Positions 12,501 to 26,820 are shown, counted from the whole stretch's first letter. The stretch: 62,703 bases of DNA, filler included, from Choristocarpus tenellus KU-1152 (GCA_964200185.2; 8 parts of 8 records of this genome joined end to end with filler, not necessarily neighbours in it), one strand, 5' to 3'. Notes: generated from the letters alone by a model not told the origin. Translations and numbers: made by a program.

Positions 12501-15500
12501 CAGTTCTGTTTGGCAAGTACCTAGGGCAGCATCCTTAGACTCTTTCTCAACCCTCGCTGCTGCAAGCTCCTTTGTCCTCTTTGACAACTCCTCAGTTGCA
12601 GACGCAAGATCACCTGTTGTCGCAACCAGCCTCTTCCCAAGAGACTCCAGCTCCACAACCTGCTTAGCCACTTCTGCCTTCTCTGTCTCCAGGCTCTTCT
12701 CTGTTGCAGCAAGGCTATCCTGGACTGAAACCAGCTGGTTCCCAACAGTTTTCAACTCCTCAGCCTGCCGAGCTGTTTCTGCCTTCTCAGTCCCCAGGGT
12801 TTTCTCTGTTGCAGCAAGGCTACCCTGGACTGCAACCAGCTCATACTTGACAGCCTCCAGCTCCTCAGCCTGCCGGGTGGTTTCCGCCTTCTCAGTCCCC
12901 AGGACCTGCTCTGTTGCAGCAAGGCTACCCTGAACTGCAATCAGCTGACATCCAACATCCTCCAGCTCCTCAGCCTGACGGGCTGTTTCCACCTTCTCTG
13001 CTCCCAGGGCCTGCTCTGCAGCAGCAAGGCTGCCCTGGACTGAAACCAGCTCACACCTCACTGCCTCCAGCTCCTCAACCTGTCGAGCTGTTTCACCCTT
13101 CTCTGTTCCTAGGGCCTGCTCTGTGGCAGCAAGGCTACCCTGAACTGCTACCAACTGACACTTGATGGCCTTGAGCTTCTCAGCCTGGCGAGCTGCTTCT
13201 GCCTTCTCTGTTCCCAGGGCCTGCTCTGTGGCAACAAGGCTGCCCTGGACTGCAACCAGTTCACTCCTGACGGCCCCCAGCTCCTCAGCCTGACTGGCAG
13301 TTTCCGCCTTCTCTGCTCCCAGGGCCTGCTCTGTGGCAGCAAGGCTGCCCTGGACTGCAACCAGGTGGCACCTAACATCCCCCAGCTCCTCAGCTTGACG
13401 AGCAGTTTCTGCCTTCTCTGTTCCCAGAGCCTGTTCTGTGACAGCAAGGTTGTCCTGGACTGAAACCAGCTCACACCTCGCGGCCTCCAGCTCTTCAGCC
13501 TGCTGGGCAGCTTCCGCCTTCTCCGTTCCCAGGGCCTGCTCTGTGGCAACAAGGCTGCCCTGGACTGCAACCAGTTCACTCCTGACGGTCTTCAGTTCTT
13601 CAGCCTGACGGGCAGTTTCCGCCTTCTCTGCTCCCAGGGCCTGCTCTGTGGCAGCAAGGCTACCCTGGACTGCAACCAGCTGGTTCCCAACAGTTTTCAA
13701 CTCCTCAGCCTGCCGAGCTGTTTCTGCCTTCTCAGTCCCCAGAGCCTGTTCTGTGACAGCAAGGATGTCCTGAACTGAAACTAGCTCACACCTCACGGCC
13801 TCCAGCTCTTCAGCCTGCTGGGCAGCTTTTGCTTTCTCTGTTCCCAGGGCCTGCTCTGTGGCCGCAAGGCTACCCTGGACTGCCTTCAGCTGACACCCAA
13901 CATCCTCCAGCTCCTCAGCCTGCCGCACAGTTTCTGCCTTCTCTGTTCCCAGGGCCTTCTCAGTGGTAGCAAGGCTGCACTGAGCTCCAACCAGCTCACA
14001 CCGCACGCGCTCCACCTCCTGCTTCAGTTGCTCTGACTCCACATTCTTTGCGGCAAGGGCCTCACCAGCAGCAGTTAGATGACCTGACACATCCTCAAGT
14101 TGCCTTTCTAGAGATTCAACATTTTGGGTGAGACGGGAAACTTCGTGGCCCTTCGCCTCCACCTCCCTCCCCAGCACAGATACTCTTGCCCTGCTTGAAG
14201 CCAGCTCTGTCTCCCTCCTCTTGGTCTCCTCCTCTAACCTTTCCTTTGTCACACGGAAGAACTCTTCTGCCTGTGAATGCGCCTCCTGGGCTGCAGACAT
14301 CTCAGTGTGAAGTGAGAGTATCTTAGCCTTGACAGCTGCTGCTCTTGCCTCTGACTCACCGAGCTTGAGATTTGACGCAGTAAGGTCAGTAGTCAGAGCA
14401 TCAACCGTAGACCTAAGCTCTACAATCTGCTCTTCAGACAAGGTCAAGGCTCCATTGACCACACAGAGACGCTCATTTGAAGCTGACAACTCTGTGTTAG
14501 AGGCAGTGAGACGCAGGTCTGCCTCATGCGCCGCTTTGTTGGAAGCCGTCTGGTAAGCAAACAATACACCCCAGATCCATGTGAAAACAATGTTGCAGGG
14601 CAGAGAGGGAGTGTTTATGCACAAGCATAGAAGGATATGTGTCGAAGAGTTCATTCCTGCTCTATCACAATGATTCGACAAATCCCATAGAGCTCTGTAC
14701 ATGACCTTTGAGAAGGCAAGCATTACACGTTACATCACCACCCTCTTCTTAGACCAAAGTGCTCTCTTCCACCTCAACAAAGGTATGCAAGATGAAAGGA
14801 AAGGGTGCTAGGGGGTGTGGGGATATATCGGAAGCAGATCATAACACATCTCCACACTAGGTGAGCATTCATCCAAGCACTAACCCACCTCTAATTCAAC
14901 AAGCTTCTGCATAGTGCCAGCATGCTCTGTTCTGACCCTCTCAAGCTCTGCTGTCAGTCTCACACCCTCAGCCCCAGTATCAACCAGCTCTGTCCTCACA
15001 GTGTCAAGCTCCCCCAGGTGCAGAGCTAGCCTCGCCTCAGTCTTTGCAATTTCCAGCTTGAGAGCCTCTATTGTGTCATCCCGTGAAGCCAGGAGCTTTC
15101 CAGCAGCAACATTTGCTGACTCTACCTCTTTCAGAGTGCAAGCTAAGTCTGAGGCCCGTGCCTCTGCCCAGAAACGGCATTCTTCGGTGTCCCGCTTCAG
15201 ACTCTCTGTTAGATTTATCTTGTCCTCCGCCTTCGCAAGCTCTTTCTCAACACTCACGAGGGACCTCTGCACACCCAGGACAGAACACTGAGCCATGCAT
15301 GCCCGAGCAACTCCAGCGGCAATGGCCCTCTGTCTATCCTCTTGTGCCTGCTTGAGGGCCTCTTCAAGGTCATCTGCTCGGCCCCTGTTGTACTGTTCCT
15401 GCTGGGTGAGGGTGTCATAATCCTCTCGGAGAATCTTCAGTCCGCTTTCCAACTGGGATTTGATCAGTGTGGCAGTGATGTCAAGGGGAGGACAGACATA

Positions 15501-18500
15501 AGGAAGAACAAACAGCAATTAATTATACTCAAGGCACGGTACAGAGACAGTAACATAGACCTGACATTAGCACTCCATGAGAATGAACAGGCACACTTGG
15601 TGGGAAAATATCAAAGCAAGGGCAAAGATAAGTCCCAGGATCATGAAGAAAACATGTATTCTTAGATACATGGAAGAAACAGGAGGTACTACAGGAAAAT
15701 ATTACAACCAAGGAGGTGTTGCCATGGGGGGCTTTGTCCTCAATCCAGTCCTTGCAGGAATGTTTATTATCTACTTGGCATTAAAATCTCAGCACCATTA
15801 CACAGTGTGCTGCTGAGCTCTCTTACCTCTCCCTCCCGGGTGTGAGCCTCGGACAACTTCCCCTGCAGATTACTCATCAGATGCTGTTGCTGTTCAATAG
15901 CCAGCCTGTGGACCTCCTCAGCTGTCGCAAGGCGATCTCTCAGAGTATGTAGGTCTGCATGAAGGGCGCTGTTGTGATTCCATCATCATCCAGTCATAAG
16001 CATGCCACGAGGCAGACACAGAGAGACAAGACAAGTTAGGTGATGCAGAAAGGAAATAGGTCTAAAGGTATACCCCTTTTGAGTAGGCGCTGAGCTTAAA
16101 AAAAAAGAAGGCGTAAGGTGTATCAAACCATGCAACCCCACTACTAGTTCAGGGAAGCCCTACTACTGATAGAAGGGTATACGTTGAATGACTTCCTCAC
16201 TACAATCATCACAAGATAGACACAAGTCCTACCCTCCTTCCCTCTCACCTATCTCTAGCTCCATAGTGTCCTTCACAGAACTTACTACTCAACCTCTCCC
16301 GCCCAAATCCCACATTTCTCAAAAATTGAAGTTAAAAGGCCAGTCTCCATCACAAGATGCAATAATAAAGGTACAAAGTACCTTTTTTCAGCAGCAAACT
16401 CTTCAACTTCTCTTTCGTAGGTCTCCTGCTGCTGCCGGATGCGTTGCTCCAGGTCACTCATAGCAGCGGTAGCCTCTGCCTTCTCAGTCTCATTCTTGGT
16501 GGCAGTTTCAGCCCTCTCTGTCTCTAGGGCCAACACCTGCTTCTCTAGCCCCTCGGCCTCATCATCAAGATCCCTGTAAAGTGCACACATGTGTTGCCAG
16601 TATGACTTTAATGTTGGGTGAGATGGAACCAAGCCAGTTAGGAATTCCCCAGTTTCAGTCCACTACCATGCCCAAATGCACACGAGCCGTACCCAGGACT
16701 GAGGGGTGATGTTGACTATTGACCATATTGTCAAACAAGGACAACACACATCTCTGTGCCCCAACCCTAACCATAACCCTCATCTATCATTACAACAATC
16801 AACATATGCGAGTCAGGCATGACAAAAAGAGAGCAAGGGGGCACAACACAACACAACACAACACCAAAAAGAAAAAAGCTATGTTGTGTTGTGTAGAGCA
16901 AGGCAAACCAACAACCACAAATTCAACAAAACAAAATCGCCTGCAGTCCCCTCACAGTGTCCTCCACCACACACCCCAACTCTATCAAGTGTGTCCCTCC
17001 ACCTCTCACCTGGCCCTTCCCAGTAAAATACGATTGTCCTTGAGGGCTGTCGCTAGCTTTGCAGTCACAGCTCCGACCTCACTTCCACTGTCCTTCACAA
17101 CGCGGTCCTTTTCCAGAGACAGCTCCTCTATCTTGACCTGAAGAGTTGCCAGCCGTGCGTCTCTGTCTTCCACAGCCTTGGACGCCCTCCTGTAACAGTC
17201 AGGCACAGTCAACAACCAAGAATATGTTGGAAGTGTGGCATCAGCCAAATGTTTCAAGGACACTGCATCAGTGCCCCCGGGTACATGTGTACAAAATCTG
17301 TGCCGCTTTCCTCTCAATACACCATTCAAGAGTCCTAAAACTGCTCTAACAGAACACAGAAATAAACCTGACTGTTTATATTCTTTTTAACAAGTGTTCC
17401 TTCAGTTCAGAGTCATCACAGACGCCTACCAAGATCTATGTAACACCATGAACAGATCCCAAGTCCGACATGGTTCCTCCAGTCCACCTTAATCTCTGGA
17501 GGCAGAGCTTGCAACTTGCCTGTTGGAATCCTCAAGCTGCTTTGTCAAGGATGCAGTAACAGCCTCCAACTCTGTATTTCGACTTTCCAGTCCCTTGGCT
17601 TTAGCCTCTATAGCATCTAGGGCCTCCTGCTTCTCATCAGACTTGCCCAGAGCGTCCTGCAGCTTACGTAGCAGTGCGTCCTCAACCAGCTTCTTTCCCT
17701 GAATGATTCGAACAAGCAACAAATCAGCACTGCTTCCATCAGGCTCCAGAAGCCCTGTCCACCTCTATAAAAAAAATTGAACTTCTTTTGATCTTCCGCA
17801 AATCTGATTCTTGTGAGATACATGATGTTGCTATACAGTTCACACACACAATACTCACAACCCATCCACCAAAATCTACTTCATATCCTCAGCACACATG
17901 TATCTAAATGCCTTCGCATGAATGCAGGAAATTTGAGAGGATCACCTCGTTTAGCTGTACTACTGTGAAACTCACGAATTTGGACAACTTCAAAACTTAG
18001 TAAGATCAGCTGCCTCTGGAATCTTGCTATCTATCCCTTCATCCCTTACCCCTCACCCCCCATTCCTTCCTAACACAAACTCAATCAATCCTTGCAATAT
18101 CCTAAACAAGCCATTCAATCAAGACACGTACCTGACGACAAAGGATAACCTACAAACATCCTCCTTCACTAGACTTACAGCTTGCATACCAGAGAAAAGA
18201 GAACAATAAGTACAACAACTAACTTGTCTGTACAAACAGATGAGTTCTTTCACCTAACAATCCCTTTATTGCACCACAACAATCACAACAGACAGCAGGG
18301 ACTGATGCTCTAAACACTTTTTGACATGGTTGCCCTCCCACCCCTCCTTCACCTCAAGCTCAGCTCGATTGGCAGCAGACTTTCTCCTCTTCTCAGCTGC
18401 CTTTGCCTCACACTCCAATCGGCCCTCCAGCCCACAAACTTCCTCTCGCAGGTGTTCAATCTCCCCCACCATGCTCACCACCTGCTCATGAACGAACAAT

Positions 18501-21500
18501 CAGGTGCGTATGCCCAGTGAGGATGCCGTCCAAGTTCAACATGTATGAGTATGAAACCGCCACAGCAAAGGTGTACAACTTCCAGATCATAGATCAACCT
18601 CTTGACTTCGAATCATGTCTCCACTCCACTGTTTGCACTTTTTTCCCGGGAACTTTCTTGACTTCCAAGTCTAGGAAACCCTATCGGGTAGTTGGAAATT
18701 CCAGGTATGCTGTACTCCTGATAGAACAGTCGTCTACAAAATATATGTACAGGAAATGCTAGAGGGACTCATTGTTCACACCTTTTCATCCATCTCCCTG
18801 CGAAAACGCTCTTCATCTGGATGACCCCATGCCAATGAGGAGTTTGTGTTGGAGGGGCCAGCCTCATTGAGCTGCACCAACTCGGCCTCTGCCTCCTTGA
18901 ACTTGGTCCTCCACATACTTGCCTGTGCCAACAACCAAAGTGAACAGAGAAGGGAGGAGGAAAAAAATGAAATGGCCACCCAGTCATTGGGGTGTTTAAT
19001 AGTGTGACAGAGATCTGTGTTAAGCATTCATAAATCTCCAGTGGGGCAGGTTTGTCACTCCCACCCACCTCTGAGGATTCCTGAACCTTGGCCTCCAGCT
19101 GTTTAGTGAGGTGAGCCAGCTCTTCCGACATGGTAGCCCTGTGTAATTTGAGGGTTCAGATGTAATAGCAATGCAAGCAGGTGATATGTGAATGCTTGGA
19201 AAGGGTCATCTCTGTTGTCACCAAACACTCCCCCAGCATGTCTGACACAGTTTCCCCAATGATCAAGAAAATGTACAAAATTGCCTCTGCAAGCTCAGGT
19301 CATTTTATCAGGAGAACAGGATCATGCTATTCAAACATATTCAACCAGAATAAATGTCCTTTGTTACACAGATGATGTCAGCAACAGCTCCTACAATAAA
19401 AAAACACACACATTTTGTGTGTGTATGTGTATCAACCCTCATGGGCTTCCCTATCCCTACTGCTCACCAACCCTTTAATCCAACAGCTCGTTTTTTGGCA
19501 TCTTAAAACCAAGGGTTTACATGAGGCAAGTAAAGGCTTGAGGCAAAGAGAAGATAGGCACAACAGCATGTCCAATGCACACTCAAGATATGCATGCCCA
19601 GATAAAAGAAAATTTAGCTGCTGTAATTGGAGCATCTTGGCAGTTTTTCATACAAGTACACCTCTTTGTCTCATTCACTCCAAATCCTACCCCCTCACAA
19701 CCTAGGGCTAACACACACACAAAACTTACTTCTCCTGATCGGCATCCCCCTTCCTCTGGGCAGCAATGGTGCGGTCTCGGAATTTGATGACCATCTTCAG
19801 CTGCATGTCCTCCTTCTCATGACGGTCCACCGTTGAAAGGAGGCAATCTGTTCTCAGCTTCTCTCTGCATACCGCTGACTCTGCTGCCCGTGCTCTCCGT
19901 AGGGCATCCACCAAAATTGCCTCCGAGGCATGACAATCGTGGTGTGCCCCAGGACTGTTATCACCATCCCCATAACCATTGTGAGGGGGGGTTAGTGCCC
20001 TGTGTGGCCCCATAGAATGGGTTCCGGCAAGGCGCATTCGTAGGGTGGTCACCTCTTTGAGGAGGGCATCATAGCTCCCACTTGTGTCCTCATTCTTTAC
20101 GGCCTGGTTCTTGATCATCTTGGCACGCTGAGCGAACTGGAGAGTGGACAGTGTCTCTCCAATGTTTGACCCAGCAGGGGACAAAGCAGCAACCAGCATG
20201 GTCTTGGAGTTTCCCCCAAGGGAATCGCGCAGAAGGAAGGTCAGCTTGGAGTCCCGATAGTGAATATGACGGAAACGCCCTGCAGACCTCTCCACTAGTG
20301 CATTGATGACCTGACCCAATGTGGAAAGTGACTTATTGATGCTAGAAGCCTCTTTCAGGCGCTCTCCAGAGGCCTGACAGGGACGAGAGGGCGGGAGGAA
20401 GGTAAGCATGGGGGTAGGGTCATTGAACAAACGAAGTGTGTATTGGAGATTAATGCACACGGAGATACAATAAGTGAAAAATGTATCATTTCAATATGAT
20501 GGTGCCCCCCTGTAGGGATTGGAGAGATTGGAAAGAATAGCATCGCACTCTTTGAGATCAGATAGCTCATTCAATCAAAGCAGGTTCTAATAGTCTGGAT
20601 TATCTGGGTAGATAAGGTGCACACCATAGCAGTAGATAATCCAATCTGCTGTGCCCAAGGGTGGGACACAGCACAATCAACATGCTTTCTTGTCAAGACC
20701 ACAACCACTCACACGTGTGTCCTTCTGCCGTTCACTGCCAGCAAGGTCAACCAGATTGAATCGTGCCATTCTTGAGTGCGTAATACCCTTCTCTCTATTT
20801 ATATCAGTTGCCTCTATGACAAGCGTGAACACCGCATGAGAGCGCGATGACTCTCGGTTCATAGCTGTCTCTCCCACGTGTCTGTTGCGGAAACCTGTCA
20901 GTAGGATCTCGCACGCTTCCTCAGCATTCTCTACCTAGGTATTGTACACATTTGGTTGCAATGGTCAGTGAAATATGTATGTCACGCGCACGAGGAAAAA
21001 ACAAAAAACAATGGAAACACTTTGGCTAGGGCAGGTTAGGAAAATGAGGGTGACCCATGGACCAGGCCCTGATACTCACCACACATCAAGTATGACACAT
21101 GCAGCGTACCTGTTCTTCCGCTAGCCCCTCCACATACACCCCCTTCTTGTGATCCTCCCGCACGCTTAGACCAGTTATGCTGTCACGGTTACTCTCGTCG
21201 ACAAGATCGAAGACTCTCTCGTTGAAGATCTCGTAGAACGAGCACCTGCAAGAGTACTTCAGCTGGCCGTCACGGTCGCGAACCTTGCGCGCGATGCTAC
21301 CGTAAAGGTACTCCAGCACCCGTGGAACTAACCCGCGCTGTAGATGCAGTTTCGGGTCACTCAAACTGAGGTGGTTCCCCATAACCACGCCTGGTCCAAA
21401 TGTTGTGAAGGTTTTACCAGATCCGGTTTGACCATAGCAGAAAATGGTGCCATTGTACCCCTCGAGACATGCTTCCGTCACGGGCCTCCCAACCTTCGTC

Positions 21501-22010
21501 AAGGTAGTGAAATATGGAGAGGGAGGAATTGCGTGGGAGGATGCCAAGCACTAGGTGGGGGAAAGGTGGAACACAGCATCATCGACATGGATACACCACT
21601 ATTACAAGAGGAACGGTGCTATGGTGTTGCATACCCTAGGAATGTTCAGTCTCAAAGATGAGTCAGATACGAAGGCGGGGGACTGAGTGTCGAGGTACAG
21701 GAAAAGAAAAGGTAGAGAAGGGTAATTCGCATGCCTTCGTCACCTCTTCAAATATCTCCTCCTGAGTTGAGTTCTCCCCTGCAGCGTAGTCGAATGTGAA
21801 ACTTTTATCTTGTGGCTTACTATGGAGGATCACTGTCCGTTTATCTTCCCCAACGGAAAGGCATCGGTTGGCGCTATTCAAGGATGCCCCATGCATCTCT
21901 CGTGACACGGGAGGACGCACACGGCACACAACCTTGATCCGGTTGTCATCGCTGCAGAGGTCCAGCTCCAGGCAACCGGGCGCTCCATCTCCAGAAGATG
22001 GATCGGCCAT
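9582..22010 (-). CDS. KIF15: Kinesin-12 (KIF15/Xklp2-like) motor protein, 18 exons, ~2158 aa
   Basis: Hand-spliced exons with consistent phases: 22010-21744, 21493-21110, 20934-20713, 20373-19730, 19138-19069, 18922-18782, 18481-18353, 17698-17520, 17189-17010, 16573-16382, 15968-15827, 15452-14889, 14549-11974, 11577-11478, 11298-11194, 10987-10811, 10580-10509, 9914-9582 (6477 nt). N-terminal motor motifs: [10 protein letters not shown]-loop YGQTGSGKT, switch [12 protein letters not shown], switch [35 protein letters not shown] long coiled coil follows. The C-terminal [20 protein letters not shown] resembles the KIF15/HMMR tail motif (L-x-GHQN-x2-QKI). Subfamily assigned by motif recognition only. 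Confidence 0.9.
12630..13994 (-). repeat. Coding tandem repeat, 13 x 105 bp (35 aa, 5 heptads), in the kinesin stalk exon
   Basis: Consensus [35 protein letters not shown]; 13 units counted in the ORF 11874..14723 translation; 105-bp period visible in the DNA. Confidence 0.95.
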
Positions 22011-22585
22011 GACCAAGGATTGTTCTAGGGTACAGTGTGGATGTTGATAATACAGCGTCTGTTCTGCAAGAGGGTCTTAGATAACTCGCTAGGTTGGTGC
22101 CACAAATGAAATGATCCCTGCACTCTCAATACAACAAACCAACTCAATATAGTTTCAAAAATCATCAACGGCAATAAGTGTACAAACTTTATTGTTTTTC
22201 GCGCGTCTTTCAAGTCAATTCCTACTCACCGATCTCTCCCATTTGTAACCACTCGCCGATTTTATTTGACTCGAAAGTGAATCAGGATCCGTTATATTTT
22301 CAATCGAATGTCATTATACTTCTCTCCAGTCCGCAGGAAAGTTTCGAAGAAACATGGACATCACCACTGTATTAAATTGAAAACCATGTAGGTAGCTACT
22401 GTATATTGGGATTACCTTTAACTAAACCAACTTGTTTGGCAAGGTGAGAGATAGTGGGAGGGGCGTTACCATCTCTCGTTAAGACCGAAACATCCAAAAC
22501 TCCTACAAGAAGATTCTAAACAAGGCCAGCAGCAATAGGCAACAAACCATGTAAAGCCTGCTATAACCGAGACTTCCTTTTTGTG

Positions 22586-23078
22586 TGTCAGGGTTGCCTC
22601 TATCGCTTATTTTGTCGTAATCAGCATTATGAATGGTGACTCCCCGTGGCATAGTGCGGAAATTTGAACCTTCACCCCCAAATACCCTGAAGTTGTATGT
22701 ATATCCACAGAAAAAACTCTGTCTACCTGACTCCGTTCCAACGGGGGAGAGGCGCTAAACCAATGTCCAAGGTAGGATTGTGTTAAAGGGACGGCAGTGC
22801 ATGCAACTTGCACTTTCTTCTCCCCGTATCTCTTACTATGTCAGGGTTGCCTTTCTCATCATCTGTTCACTCGTATCCATTATTATGAATTAGTGTACTC
22901 CCCTGGCATAGTGTGGAAATTTGAATCATCGGCCAGCAATACTCTGGAGTAGTGTTTATGTCCGTGGAAAAACACTGTCTAGCCGACTCCGTTCCAATGA
23001 AGGGGGGACGTTCAACCCATATCCAAGATGGGATTATCTAGAAGGTACGACGATTCATGCATCTCGCAAGATCTTCTT
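22586..23078. repeat. Diverged tandem duplication, 2 x ~253 bp
   Basis: TGTCAGGGTTGCCT at 22586 and 22839; shared blocks TGGCATAGTG.GGAAATTTGAA and GACTCCGTTCCAA. Confidence 0.85.
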
Positions 23079-26000
23079 TTAGTATCTTCATACTTTGTAT
23101 TTGCTGCACGCACCTATTTACTCTTCGAAGTATGTACTTTCTATTCAACCTGTCAATTCTCTGCATCTACCTCTTAAATTGGAAAGCAACATCAATCACG
23201 ATGGCGGGTCGGAATGATGTCCAAAGCTATCCCGCTCTTAATACTCTAGCAAAAACTAGAAACCACAACAGACATAGCACGTACTTCGTGAAAGAAAAAA
23301 GAGGTACAAGTGTGCTACAGTTTTTCTCAGGACCTCTGTCAGCTGAATGCTGTTTTCTCCCTGCATTTTCTCTTTTTGAGTTGATTTTTCTTGTGTTTCC
23401 CCCCTTTACCTCCCTTTCTTTCCTTCGCGAGTCATACCAAAAAAGAAGTCTCACATAGCGGTTGTATTACAAGGATCGACAGGAAAAAACTTTTTTCAAC
23501 TGTTGTGGATTGTTTAGTCAGTTAGTCGTTCTTCTGCAATGACACCGTCGTTTTCAGGTCCTTCTGTTGTGCTGTAAAGCATGAAAATAGGGGTTAAATA
23601 TGGCAAGTGGATTAAAGCAGCCAAAACGTATGGTTATATCTCTCGGTTAGTATGAACCTGTATGGAATGTCATGAGTGAAGTTTTTCCGGCCTCGATAGA
23701 CCCGATATGACAATTTTTTTGTGGGCATTTGTGGATTCACGTTCAGGTTCTCCCCATTAACGTTGCGGATGATTTGGTCTCTTTCTCCTTCCATTTTTTC
23801 CTTCTCTTTCATTCTTTTTTTTTGTGCACTGCCTTCTTTTTTCTTTCATGGTACTTGCATTTGCTCAACCAGTGTATACTCTCCAGTGTGAACTGACTGT
23901 CTTTTCGACCACAGGTCTGGAACCCTCAGACTATCGCAAATAGTGATAATAATAATAATGCAACTATTGATAATACCCACTCCTTCAGTACCTACCACAA
24001 ACATCACCTTTGTACTAGTGGAGCTTTGGTTTTGCAAGGGAAGGGTATATGGGTTTGAACATATTTTTCCCTTTTAACCGAGTAAAGGACTAATGAGTCA
24101 AACCATCTGAGAGGTAGGCACTGTTGCATTTTAAGGATTCCGACAAAGGGCAAAAAGATGGTATTTGTACAAGTGCAGATTGAGCCTTTGCAGAATTCTG
24201 GTGTCACTTCATGTTTGGTAAGGGGGAATATCATTTTTGCTTACACCATTGTGCAAATATAGCAATGAAATAGAGTGCGTTGGACAGGGTAAAAACCTTA
24301 TGGCTTAGAATGCAAAAGGGTCCAAACCTGCCTACTTCTCAATTATTTTCGTTCAAATATCCACATTGTATGTTCCCCATCTGATTTTCCTTGTACCAAA
24401 CGAGGTTCAAAATGGAAAGGTTCAAGGTTCTACTACTACTTGCAGTATCAAGTCCCGAATTGTCTCCAAGGTGAGGGAGGAAGGACCATATTCAATGTTG
24501 CTTAATCCCATAATTCCGAGTTGTTTGTTCATCTGCGGACCGATTAAACTAGTTTTGACACATACGCTTGATGAAAATGAGTCCATATGATGATGTACGG
24601 CAAAGAAGCAATAGTAAGATTAATCTCTTCCTGTTCATAGCGGGAAAAGAGCAGAACAGTCTTTGGTGAATAGATCATCATGCGCACACAATAAACTAAA
24701 GTTACAAGTCAGTGGAGTATCTGAGACTGTCGTCAAGATCATCCAATGATTATACCCACATGTGTGTCAGCACAAAAGTCAGAATACTGTAATTGCTTGA
24801 GTGATGAGGAGAGGTTGAAAGTCAAACTAAGCTTCAACAATAGTGGGGAAGGGACCCCTTGCAAACATAGTAACCACTGCTCAATACTAAATGATGCAAA
24901 AACAAAAATATCGTATTGTACAATCGCAGCATCAACAACTGCACCTACCCTCATAAAAATATGCTCAATCTGTTCAAAATTGGATGAGTGTCCCCTTCAT
25001 TGAGGAACCCTACCTCAATGTGTTTTGATATTTTTACTAAATTTTTTCAGAATTCAAGATCGTTTCAGTCATATTCCGAGAAAGGCGCCAACCAATTTAG
25101 AGAACACAGAATCAAACCTTCACATAATGTTTAAAGTGTTTTGAAATGGGTACGTAAACATCCCAAGATGTGTCAGGTTCAGGTGATGGCATTGCATTTT
25201 CAGAAAGATCGTAGGTAGTGATTTACCTAACAAAATGAATCAAAAACATGCGTATGTAGTTGTAGGGAAGTGTATAATGTTGGCTTGGCACAAGGGGTCT
25301 ACAACTAGACCCAAACTATCCCCCCAAACCCTTCACACCCTCGACGTTTTGCAGAGCCCCTTCCTGGCAATCAATCGGGATGTCATGATTTGCACCCACA
25401 ACAAGGTTTTGTGAACAATATACAAGCCTTGGCATCACAAATCATATAGAATTATCCATAAGTCCAGGACTTGAATATTGTTGTATTTAATTGATGTCAT
25501 TTGTTTTTCAAATCCTGGGTACCAGCAGTGACACCTGCGTCCGCCAGGGAAAGAAATAACTCAATGACCACCCAGTAATTCTCACCTTTTGGGGATATCT
25601 AATGCGTATTTTTTCCAGCTTGGTACTGGAGTAGGAATGGAAAGTGCGTTGATTTTTTTCTTGTGTTCTGATGACACGGTTTTTTATTCCGGTCAACCGA
25701 TTGAAATGTTTCAGACCATCTCTTTGGCACAGGAAAGATATATTTTCTGAGGTTCGTATTACTTGTCAGAACTGACAATTGGCTCTTCTTTGTGATGAGT
25801 GGGGACACATCATTGAAGCTACACATAGGAAGGAAAACTGACTTCCTGGTCTATGACAATAGACTGTCTTCCCCTCCCAAACAACCAGAGAGGGTAATCA
25901 TAGAAATCAGTAGGCCTTGTTCGAGGGTCAATCCCTGCCAATCTGTTGGTAGTACATCTAAAAAAACACTCAACAAGATACAGAACAAACTGCGGGACAA

Positions 26001-26820
26001 AAGACAGCTGTGCGACGACCCTTACGAGAGAGGTCACAATAGCATAAAACGTCTCAAATAACAAACGATGATCAGAGGTTCTCCCTTCCCTCTCACGTAC
26101 AGCAGGGATTCCCCTCCTTTGCAAAGCACAGAAAAGAATGCCACAGCTCCAAGCCCAACTGAATTACAAGCAACAAAAAAAGGGGCTCTCAACATCCTCC
26201 TTTAATACACAATCGTTCGGGGAAAAAGGACGTAAGAGTCTGTGCAAAGCATAAATTCCATATTTATTTTACTATCAAGTACAAAAAAAAGAGGTTAACC
26301 CTCATCCTCCCTCTCCTGTCACACTGCACCTTGTTGCCCCTTGACCACGTGCAGCTTTGCTTACAACACACCAAGCATGCCCCCTCACTACCCTGCTCCA
26401 AGCTAGTGCATCAAGAGATCACACGGTCTGCCTCAAATTCCACTCCCCCTTCCCCCACACAGTTGTAGCCCTCATCAGCATCGCGCCAGCATTGCATTCT
26501 AGTCAGTCGTGCAACCACACACCACAGAAGAGTTTTATCCCCCCCACATCAGTGAAACCCAAAAAACGCCATAATCCTCCCACATACCCCCTTCCCATCC
26601 CGTGGCCGAGGCGGCGGGGCATCCAACAGGTCAGAGTCATTAATGGTGGCACGCCTCCTGAGATACATTAAAATGGGTTGGGAGTGTAGGGGGAGGGGAA
26701 GGGGGGNNNNNNNNNNNNNNNNNNNNNNNNNNNNNNNNNNNNNNNNNNNNTTAATTAATTAANNNNNNNNNNNNNNNNNNNNNNNNNNNNNNNNNNNNNN
26801 NNNNNNACATATGTATGTAG

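Noticed and set aside
12049-13579. Overlapping ORFs (294 aa plus strand and several alternative frames) in the kinesin exon
   Set aside because: Shadow frames of a repetitive coiled-coil exon.
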